Below, piece by piece: positions 48,617 to 58,496 of a DNA stretch of 64,000 bases (positions within the stretch are counted from its first letter, which is position 1; each line of letters starts with the position of its first letter). The stretch comes from Candidatus Omnitrophota bacterium (GTDB lineage Bacteria; Omnitrophota; Gorgyraeia; Duberdicusellales; 4484-171). The DNA is taken from assembly GCA_043820815.1 (NCBI GenBank), contig JBDRDJ010000007.1, forward strand, positions 30,544 through 94,543. Direction: 5' to 3'. Under the pieces are notes generated by a model. That model searched no databases and was not told where the DNA came from. It saw only the letters and a program-made list of their open reading frames with translations. Both the position numbers and the translations under genes were made by a program.

Positions 48617-48746
48617 GCATAAAAAGAAAGGAAACTGGAAAACCCCTGTTATGCTTGAAAAAGACAAACGCATAAACAGGGCATTAATAAACCGGTAAAC
48701 AGCTAGGGCAGTTAAAAAGGGTTGATGGCGGATATGGAATACGGTT

Positions 48747-50114
<1,368 letters not shown>

Positions 50115-50132
50115 TTAACTATTAATGTAAAA

Positions 50133-52350
<2,218 letters not shown>

Positions 52351-52410
52351 TTTTTCCTCTATAAAAAATTTCCGAAGTCCGCCATAGCAGCATCTTTGGT
52401 GGTAGATGGC

Positions 52411-52526
52411 AGGACAAAGGCGGCTTAAAACGCCCCTAAATAAAAAAATCTTCCCTTTTTGGGGGAAGAACTTCTTTGTCCTCTCCTAAGACAAGTAATT
52501 ATATAGATTTTCTAAAAACGAGTCAA
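52411..52526 (-). promoter_or_regulatory. Sigma70-like promoter and structured leader with an intrinsic-terminator-like hairpin upstream of the nfnA-nfnB-gdhA array
   Basis: Minus strand: TTGACT (52526-52521), a 17-nt spacer, TATAAT (52503-52498). The hairpin is CUUCCC-ccaaaaa-GGGAAG (52468-52450), followed by A + U7 (52449-52442). A 9-bp long-range helix, AGGACAAAG (52482-52474) with CUUUGUCCU (52419-52411), encloses it. Confidence 0.45.
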
Positions 52527-52775
52527 GTCTTTTATTATTTTCCGTATTTGGCGGGCAGGCGGTATTGGCACGGAATGCCGCCGCGGCAAGGCCAAAGGAA
52601 ACGAGCCGGTTTATACTTCTGCTTTTTCAGGGATCGCATAAAAACGTTTTCAGGCCGAAATACCTTTATAAAATAAGGGATATTTCATTTTCATATTTTA
52701 TATATAATATTTTGGCTTGAAAAAGTCTTTTTAATTATGTTATCCTTTATATAGAGAGAGAAAGGGGGAGGACAT

Positions 52776-53144
52776 ATGAAGAAAAAGCCGCGTGAATTAA
52801 TGACGGACGAGCGCAGGAAAAAGGCAAGAGTGCCCGAAAACCTAAGCGTGATCCACTGTTCGCATCAATACCTTTTAAAAACCAATGCTCTAACAAGGGA
52901 TATTTCTGAAGACGGGATATGCATTCTTACCCCTTATAAAATTGACATCGGCGAAACAATGGAATTGGAAATATACCTTTCCGAAACTGAAGAAGCTGTT
53001 AAAGCAAAAGGAACAGTCGTGCGCAGAAACGGAACCGACGATATCAAGCTTCCATATCTCTTAGGGATAAAGTTTACAAAAATAGACCCCGATGCCTATG
53101 AAAAAATCTGTGCCCACATCCGCTTCTATATGCTTAAAGCGTAA
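52776..53144 (+). CDS. PilZ domain protein (c-di-GMP receptor type)
   Basis: 122 aa with RRKKAR (RxxxR) and DISEDGI (DxSxxG) motifs. A strong RBS (AAGGGGGAGG) precedes the start. Confidence 0.75.
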   Translation: MKKKPRELMTDERRKKARVPENLSVIHCSHQYLLKTNALTRDISEDGICILTPYKIDIGETMELEIYLSETEEAVKAKGTVVRRNGTDDIKLPYLLGIKFTKIDPDAYEKICAHIRFYMLKA

Positions 53145-53151
53145 TGGTTTT

Positions 53152-53694
53152 TCATTTCAGATACGCTCTTAGAATCTTTTGACCCATTACCGGCTTATCA
53201 CCGGGGCCGGTTTCGGTATTTTCTATTTTCTCAACCACACCATAACCCGATACAACTTCTCCAAAAATTGTATGTTTCATATTAAGCCATGGGGTTTTAG
53301 CGGTTGTTATAAAAAATTGGCTTCCGTTGGTATTAGGGCCTGCGTTTGCCATGGCTAAAAGCCCCGGCTTATTAAACCCAATTTCCGGGCTTACTTCATC
53401 TTCAAAAGCCGCTCCCCATATGGAATTACCGCCGCGGCCTGTTCCTGTCGGGTCGCCTCCCTGAATCATAAAGCCTTTAATCACCCGGTGAAAAATTATC
53501 CCGTTATAATAACCTTTTTCAATGAGCCCTTTAAAGTTCTCGCATGTTTTCGGCGCTGCATCAGGCATAAGTTTAATCTCAATCATGCCTTGAGTTGTTT
53601 CTAACACGGCAACAGGCTTACCCTGGCCGTTCTCTGCTGAGACACTTCCTGCAAAAAAAGAAAACAAAAAAAACATAAGAAATAACTTCGTCAT
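53152..53694 (-). CDS. Cyclophilin-type peptidyl-prolyl cis-trans isomerase, secreted
   Basis: 180 aa with a signal peptide, then [15 protein letters not shown] and GSQFFIT. Confidence 0.9.
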   Translation of the reverse strand: MTKLFLMFFLFSFFAGSVSAENGQGKPVAVLETTQGMIEIKLMPDAAPKTCENFKGLIEKGYYNGIIFHRVIKGFMIQGGDPTGTGRGGNSIWGAAFEDEVSPEIGFNKPGLLAMANAGPNTNGSQFFITTAKTPWLNMKHTIFGEVVSGYGVVEKIENTETGPGDKPVMGQKILRAYLK

Positions 53695-53749
53695 TTAAAC
53701 CTCCCACAATACAGTTTTGTTAATAAATCCTGAATTAAATAATGGTGCT

Positions 53750-54226
53750 TTAGGTATTTTCTGCTTCAACCTTATCAAGCATATCCTCTAATCTTTTCCG
53801 GTGTTCCAAGAAAGCATCTTTTAGCGCGCGCAGTAAATCCTTTAGCTGGCCGCTGTCCGCTTCATAAATTTCATAGAAGTTGCTTTCAATGGAATTGTTC
53901 TCAATATCCATTGCTGCTTTTAGTGCCTCTGTCAGAGAGATTTCATGGTTTATTAAACGCCTCGCCTGAAGGCGCGCGCATTCAATGGAGGCAAGAATGG
54001 CTTCCTGTTTAAAGCGGCCTTTATCAAACTCTAAATTACCTTTATCGATTTCGGGATAAATTCTGCGTATCCAGCTTGCATGCACCAGTTCTTCCTTGCA
54101 AAGCGTTTCAAAAAATTCCCAATATTTTGGGTATTTTTCACAGCACACTTTGTACAATTGGCTTGCCGCTTCTTCGTTCTGAGCTAAAAGCTCCATTGTT
54201 TCTCTTTGATCGTGCTCTAAACTCAT
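53750..54226 (-). CDS. Hypothetical helical-bundle protein, possibly ferritin-like
   Basis: ~158 aa, predicted all-helical. Contains EELVH and DIENNSIE segments, which is weak diiron-like patterning. Start chosen at MSLEHDQ after a GGGGGCGG. Confidence 0.35.
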   Translation of the reverse strand: MSLEHDQRETMELLAQNEEAASQLYKVCCEKYPKYWEFFETLCKEELVHASWIRRIYPEIDKGNLEFDKGRFKQEAILASIECARLQARRLINHEISLTEALKAAMDIENNSIESNFYEIYEADSGQLKDLLRALKDAFLEHRKRLEDMLDKVEAENT

Positions 54227-54314
54227 AACCGCCCCCATTAAAAAATCAAAAATCAAGTATCAAAATCTAATCTTTACCTACAAGCCTATGTAATGCATAC
54301 AAGGCTATAAATGT

Positions 54315-54380
54315 TTACTTTTTCTTCTTAGATTTTGCTTTTGTAGTCTTCTTTTTCTTGCTTGAGCATCCGCACTTCAT
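54315..54380 (-). CDS. Candidate micro-ORF: 21-aa Cys/Lys-rich peptide MKCGCSSKKKKTTKAKSKKKK
   Basis: ATG at 54380 is preceded by GGAGGGAAGATAA. The stop is TAA at 54315-54317. It lies between the hepT stop and the ferritin-like gene and is not in the ORF track because it is too short. Confidence 0.25.
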   Translation of the reverse strand: MKCGCSSKKKKTTKAKSKKKK

Positions 54381-54393
54381 TTATCTTCCCTCC

Positions 54394-54726
54394 TTAAAGT
54401 TTCACGGCTTTTTTAAGTTGTTCTTTTAGCCGTGGCAACTCTACTTTTACAACATTCCAAACTATCTCATAATCTACACCGAAATATTCGTGAATAAGCC
54501 TATTTCTCATATCTACTATATCACGCCACTGGATGCCCGGCAATTTCTTCCTAAGTGCTGGGGATATTTTTGATGCAGCTTCGCCTATGATTTCCAGATT
54601 TCTCACAACAGCGTCCTTTTTCTCCTCGTTTTCTAGGAATTTGTCAAAAGATAAACCTTTTGTATAGCGGTTTATTTTCTTTATCGCTTCCAATATGTGT
54701 TGTAGATATATTTTATTTTCCCTCAA
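54394..54726 (-). CDS. hepT: HEPN-domain (DUF86) toxin of a type VII HepT/MntA toxin-antitoxin pair
   Basis: 110 aa. The RNRLIHEY motif is the Rx4H HEPN motif. Overlaps the upstream MNT gene by 14 nt. Confidence 0.8.
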   Translation of the reverse strand: MRENKIYLQHILEAIKKINRYTKGLSFDKFLENEEKKDAVVRNLEIIGEAASKISPALRKKLPGIQWRDIVDMRNRLIHEYFGVDYEIVWNVVKVELPRLKEQLKKAVKL

Positions 54727-55006
54727 TATATTCTGCCTCTTTTAAAATATACGGTTTAAGAAATTTATCAAGAGAAGAAAAGGTAAGCAAATCAACCTTT
54801 CTTCCCAGCATCTTTTCCAGCTCTCTTGCCAGATATATAAAATTTTTAAAAGTCGGTTTCTCAAATTTTACGATTATATCTATATCGCTGTCTTTTTTTA
54901 GCTGTCCTCTTACACATGACCCAAATATTGCGAACTTCTTTATAGTGTATTTGGAAAATATGTAATTATTATCCTTTATTATTTTTATTATTTCTTTCTT
55001 AGACAT
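54713..55006 (-). CDS. mntA: Minimal nucleotidyltransferase (MNT) antitoxin
   Basis: 97 aa. FGSCVRGQLKKDSDIDI is the GSx2RGx5SDxD motif. Confidence 0.8.
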   Translation of the reverse strand: MSKKEIIKIIKDNNYIFSKYTIKKFAIFGSCVRGQLKKDSDIDIIVKFEKPTFKNFIYLARELEKMLGRKVDLLTFSSLDKFLKPYILKEAEYIEGK

Positions 55007-55059
55007 AGTAATTTTATTTTACTCGGCAGGGGTTGGTATGACAAGCTATTTCTTTTTAG

Positions 55060-55099
55060 CACGAATTTCCACAAATTATAGACGAATTACCACGAATAA
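55060..55099. repeat. 40-bp exact repeat, copy A (contains a TATAAT box on the minus strand)
   Basis: CACGAATTTCCACAAATTATAGACGAATTACCACGAATAA is identical to 59951-59990. Confidence 0.9.
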
Positions 55100-55274
55100 A
55101 AGTTGACCCGAATGATTATTTTATCGGAAGTCATATGGCAACATAGCATTGTTTAGTCGTGGTCTTGAAAAATTTGGCGGGAATTTTTTAAGAGAAGAAA
55201 TCGGTTTTTACATAGAAGAATTAAACTTTTGTGCTTTTATGAATGTTGTATAATGTTTCTTATTTTCCTTAACC

Positions 55275-56114
55275 TTATCTTTTTCTGCAACTCCAATAAA
55301 TTTGATCGCATCCAAGAGTAAAACATACAGCTACTGCATCATATTTGTCCGGACACTCAGGAGGGGAATACCCCATGCATTGGTTGGGAGGTCCAAATTT
55401 AAGAGGGGCTCCTCCACACAAAGTACCCGATGGCACTTGTGCCTCAAGCGCATTTACCCATACGTTACTGTCATTGCAAAACTGCAATTGGCCTGTGTTA
55501 TACCTTACGGTGCCTGCCTGGGTTTCCGAATCGCATGCATTCGGGGAACCTATGGGTTTATCAGGAACGTTTCCTATCTTGACCCCTCCATTAGCAGTAA
55601 GCCTTACCCCTGCTGGATAATCGACTGTTCCAATACTAACAGCACTATCGACGTATACATATCCATCTTTATCAATACGCATGCGTTCGTCTGTCCCGGC
55701 TCCATTCCAACCTGTCCAAAAAGTCATCACACCGCCATTTGTTCCGCCGGAAGGTAAATTGCCTGCTCCGGCAACTAAATCTAAATCTCCTGCTTTTCCT
55801 ATAAAAGCATTTCCGTGCAAGTCAATAGCTGCTCCCTGGCTGTTATTGCCTGTGTCCTGGTTTCCTGCGGTAATACGCAGTCTCTGGTCAAAATTATTAT
55901 CAGTGTCCAAAAACCCTATAATTCCTGACTGGGGCGGGTTTTTCTCATCAACGTCAAAAAAAAGCCTGTTAGTCACCAGTTCCTTATACACCCCGTAAGG
56001 CGCGGGGTAATAAGTGGTTAGGGTTATTTTCTCATCTTTCTGAGCTGTGCATAAAAAAGGCGTACTTACAACCAATAAAGCAAAAGCCGCGCATAACAAA
56101 ACTTTTCTTTTCAT
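55275..56114 (-). CDS. Secreted hypothetical protein with tail-fibre-like motifs and a Cys-rich C-terminus
   Basis: Signal peptide MKRKVLLCAAFALLVVS. Also TDERMRIDKDGYVYVDSAVSIGT and AGTVRYNTGQLQFCNDSNVW motifs, and 8 Cys in the last ~90 aa. The gene looks more GC-rich than its neighbours by eye. Confidence 0.6.
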   Translation of the reverse strand: MKRKVLLCAAFALLVVSTPFLCTAQKDEKITLTTYYPAPYGVYKELVTNRLFFDVDEKNPPQSGIIGFLDTDNNFDQRLRITAGNQDTGNNSQGAAIDLHGNAFIGKAGDLDLVAGAGNLPSGGTNGGVMTFWTGWNGAGTDERMRIDKDGYVYVDSAVSIGTVDYPAGVRLTANGGVKIGNVPDKPIGSPNACDSETQAGTVRYNTGQLQFCNDSNVWVNALEAQVPSGTLCGGAPLKFGPPNQCMGYSPPECPDKYDAVAVCFTLGCDQIYWSCRKR

Positions 56115-56258
56115 AACAACCCCCCGCCACAGAAAAATCAATTATTAAAAATTAAGAAACTTATATGAAAGAAAACGCTTTCTTAATGTGCGAGGATGAT
56201 GTGGCCTACCATATAAATATAACATACTTTACAGGCAATTTGCAAGGGAAGAAAAGAG

Positions 56259-56323
56259 AAAAGGGGTCACACCTATTTTTAGTGGATTTGAAGGAATTCA
56301 GAAAAATAGGTGTGACCCCTTTT
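56259..56323 (-). terminator. 22-bp perfect inverted repeat (21-nt loop) overlapping the macro-domain gene stop
   Basis: AAAAGGGGTCACACCTATTTTT (56259-56280) pairs with AAAAATAGGTGTGACCCCTTTT (56302-56323). On the minus strand it is followed by CUCUUUUCUUCCC. Confidence 0.6.
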
Positions 56324-56843
56324 CCTCCAAAATCTTTGAGAAAACTTCGCAGGCTTTATCCCCAAAGAGAACAAAGCGGATAAGCTTTACATTCTTAAGC
56401 TCAGGGATTTTTTTAATAACAGCGCCAAGGGCAGCTTCTGCCCCTTCTTTAAGGGGATAGCCGAATATACCGCAGGATATGGCGCAAAAAGCAATTGACT
56501 CTAACTTATTCTCGTCAGCAAGTTTTAACGCGTTTTTATAACAGCTGGAAAGCAGTTCTCTTTCCGGTTTATCTCTTCCGTAAACCGGGCCAAGGCAGTG
56601 AATTACATGCTTGTTAGGCAGATTATAAGCTCCTGTGATAACCGCTTCTCCCGGCTTAATCGGGCCCAATGGAATACACTCTTTTTCCAGTTCCGGGCCG
56701 GCTGTGCGATGGATTGCTCCGGCAACCCCGCCTCCCATTCTTAGCTGGGCATTTGCGGCATTAACAACCGTATCGCAATCGAGCTGGTTAGCGATATTTC
56801 CTTTGACACATTCGATGGTTACACCTTGCACGATTTTCTTCAT
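56298..56843 (-). CDS. Macro domain protein (ADP-ribose binding / O-acetyl-ADP-ribose deacetylase type)
   Basis: 181 aa. Contains VVNAANAQLRMGGGVAGAI and AISCGIFGYP. Confidence 0.85.
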   Translation of the reverse strand: MKKIVQGVTIECVKGNIANQLDCDTVVNAANAQLRMGGGVAGAIHRTAGPELEKECIPLGPIKPGEAVITGAYNLPNKHVIHCLGPVYGRDKPERELLSSCYKNALKLADENKLESIAFCAISCGIFGYPLKEGAEAALGAVIKKIPELKNVKLIRFVLFGDKACEVFSKILEEKGSHLFF

Positions 56844-56895
56844 AACGCAATTATTCTATCACAAAAAAACGATTTATGTTATAATTTGGCGGACG

Positions 56896-57453
56896 ATGAA
56901 AGAACAAGAGCTTATCCAGCGGTGCCTTAATAAAGACCTTTTGGCCTGGAATATATTTATTGATAAGTATTCCAAACTTATATACTGGGCAATAAAGAAA
57001 CGCCTTACCAAGTTCGGTTTTCAGTTTAACCAGGATGATATAAATACTATCTTTCAGGAAGTATTCGTGGTTATTTTGGAAAAAAACAAGCTGTCTCAGC
57101 TAGACAATGCCGAGTTTCTGCCGGGCTGGCTTGCCATGATTGCGTCTAACAAAGCTTCTGATTTTTTGCGCGAAAGCGCTCTGAAAGATAAATATTTTGT
57201 TTCTGACATAGAGCCGTTCCAAAATGTTTATCTTTCAGAAAATTCATCAAATAGCCAGCTTAACTATGTTATTAAAGAAATAATAAACACCCTCTCAAAT
57301 AAAGAAAAAATAATAATCTCTCTAAACCTTCTCGAAGGGAGAACCCATAGGGAAATCGCCCATGCTCTAAGTCTTTCTGTAAATACTGTGTCCACAGTGA
57401 TTGCCAGAACCAAGCAGAAACTGAAAAAAGAGCTCAAAGAGATAGGTTTTTAA
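56896..57453 (+). CDS. ECF-type sigma-70 family RNA polymerase sigma factor
   Basis: 185 aa starting MKEQELIQRC. Region 2 (LIYWAIKKRL..DDINTIFQEVFVVI) and a region 4 HTH (THREIAHALSLSVNTVSTVIARTKQKL). The ORF-track extension back to 56635 is antisense to the macro gene and is rejected. Confidence 0.8.
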   Translation: MKEQELIQRCLNKDLLAWNIFIDKYSKLIYWAIKKRLTKFGFQFNQDDINTIFQEVFVVILEKNKLSQLDNAEFLPGWLAMIASNKASDFLRESALKDKYFVSDIEPFQNVYLSENSSNSQLNYVIKEIINTLSNKEKIIISLNLLEGRTHREIAHALSLSVNTVSTVIARTKQKLKKELKEIGF

Positions 57454-57491
57454 AGCATTTTTATTTTTGCTTCGCCAAAAATAAAAATAGA

Positions 57492-57520
57492 TGAAAGAAA
57501 AGACGAGCCTTATACGTCTA
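57492..57520 (+). promoter_or_regulatory. ECF-type promoter-like motif 1: TGAAAGAA-N15-CGTCTA
   Basis: TGAAAGAA at 57492-57499 and CGTCTA at 57515-57520, 17 nt upstream of the anti-sigma ATG. It matches the motif at 58102-58130 with identical spacing. Confidence 0.45.
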
Positions 57521-57536
57521 TTATAATGGAGGGGTA

Positions 57537-58085
57537 ATGGATAAAATTGATGAATTATTGAAGCAATACTTAAAGGCTAACAGTTTCCCCGATAAAGCCT
57601 TAAAAACGCCTCTTTGCCCTGACGAAACTATTTTATCCGGTTACATGCAGAAAAATATCAGCAATGAGGAGTGTGAAATTATAGAAGCCCATATTGCCGG
57701 CTGCGGTTTTTGTCTAAGCCAGCTTAGCCTATGGCTTGAGGCCTCTAAGGTAAGCGTAAAAAAGCTGGAGAAAACGCCCCGGACAATGGTAAATAATACA
57801 AAAACCCGCCTTAATATGGAAAATAGCGTAAGGCAGACAAAGCCAATAAAACGCCATTCTTTTGGTATTTGTGCGCTGATATTTTTTATTATTTCTTTCT
57901 TTATACACCGTTATTTTATGCAATTTTTAGCGGCAGCCTTGATTTTAGGCATGCGCTGGGTATTTGACAGTGAAGGCGGCCGCACGCTTATCATGGTCAT
58001 TGACTCCTGGCGAAGGCACTCGCGCGATGATGACGATGAAATCTCCCGCCGCCTGAAAGACAGGCATACCTCATTTCATCAGTAA
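57537..58085 (+). CDS. Anti-sigma factor (zf-HC2 type, single-pass membrane protein)
   Basis: 182 aa. HIAGCGFC is the Hx3Cx2C motif. One or two hydrophobic segments (FGICALIFFIISFFI, FLAAALILGM). Lies immediately downstream of the ECF sigma gene. Confidence 0.6.
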   Translation: MDKIDELLKQYLKANSFPDKALKTPLCPDETILSGYMQKNISNEECEIIEAHIAGCGFCLSQLSLWLEASKVSVKKLEKTPRTMVNNTKTRLNMENSVRQTKPIKRHSFGICALIFFIISFFIHRYFMQFLAAALILGMRWVFDSEGGRTLIMVIDSWRRHSRDDDDEISRRLKDRHTSFHQ

Positions 58086-58101
58086 AAAAATGTAAAATTT
58101 T

Positions 58102-58130
58102 TGAAAGAATTTGGCCTCCTTATCCGTCTA
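58102..58130 (+). promoter_or_regulatory. ECF-type promoter-like motif 2: TGAAAGAA-N15-CGTCTA
   Basis: TGAAAGAA at 58102-58109 and CGTCTA at 58125-58130, upstream of the spoVG-like gene. The shared extended context is CCTTAT(A/C)CGTCTATTATA. Confidence 0.45.
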
Positions 58131-58230
58131 TTATATAAGGAGGTGGGAAGTGGGAAAAATAATGTTTACTGGTTAGGGTGGAGATTTGCTTTTAAATCAG
58201 TGTGTTATATTTAAGAAAGGGGTGATTACC

Positions 58231-58488
58231 ATGATGTTGGATTTCAAAGTGGTTAGAATCTTTAAATTTAACGGAAAATCAGCGACAAAAGCCATGTGCG
58301 ATATTTCAATCAATGACGATTTCATAGTAAAAGGGTTTCGAATCGTTGAAGGCAAGAAAGGGCTGTTCGTAAGCCCGCCTCAGGATGAAGGGAAAGACGG
58401 AAAATGGTATAGCCGGGCATTCCCTGTATCTGAGCAAACAAAGGAAGCGTTATCCTCGACAATTCTTTCTGCCTATGGCGGCAGTTAA
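58231..58488 (+). CDS. spoVG: SpoVG family protein
   Basis: ~85 aa. VVRIFKFNGKSATKAMCDISINDDFIVKGFRIVEGKKGLFVSPP parallels the SpoVG N-terminal domain. An AAAGGGGTGA RBS precedes the ATG at 58231. Confidence 0.7.
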   Translation: MMLDFKVVRIFKFNGKSATKAMCDISINDDFIVKGFRIVEGKKGLFVSPPQDEGKDGKWYSRAFPVSEQTKEALSSTILSAYGGS

Positions 58489-58496
58489 AGATTTGC

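Noticed and set aside
52527-52775. A c-di-GMP riboswitch upstream of the PilZ gene.
   Set aside because: I could not find the GEMM-I/II conserved blocks (for example the ACGCACAGGGCAAACC / GGGACGCAAAGCC-like blocks). Only a generic GC-rich hairpin is present.
56635-56895. An N-terminal 87-aa extension of the sigma-factor ORF (track start 56635).
   Set aside because: The extension is antisense to the macro-domain gene and has no sigma-like sequence. The ATG at 56896 gives a normal ~185-aa ECF sigma.
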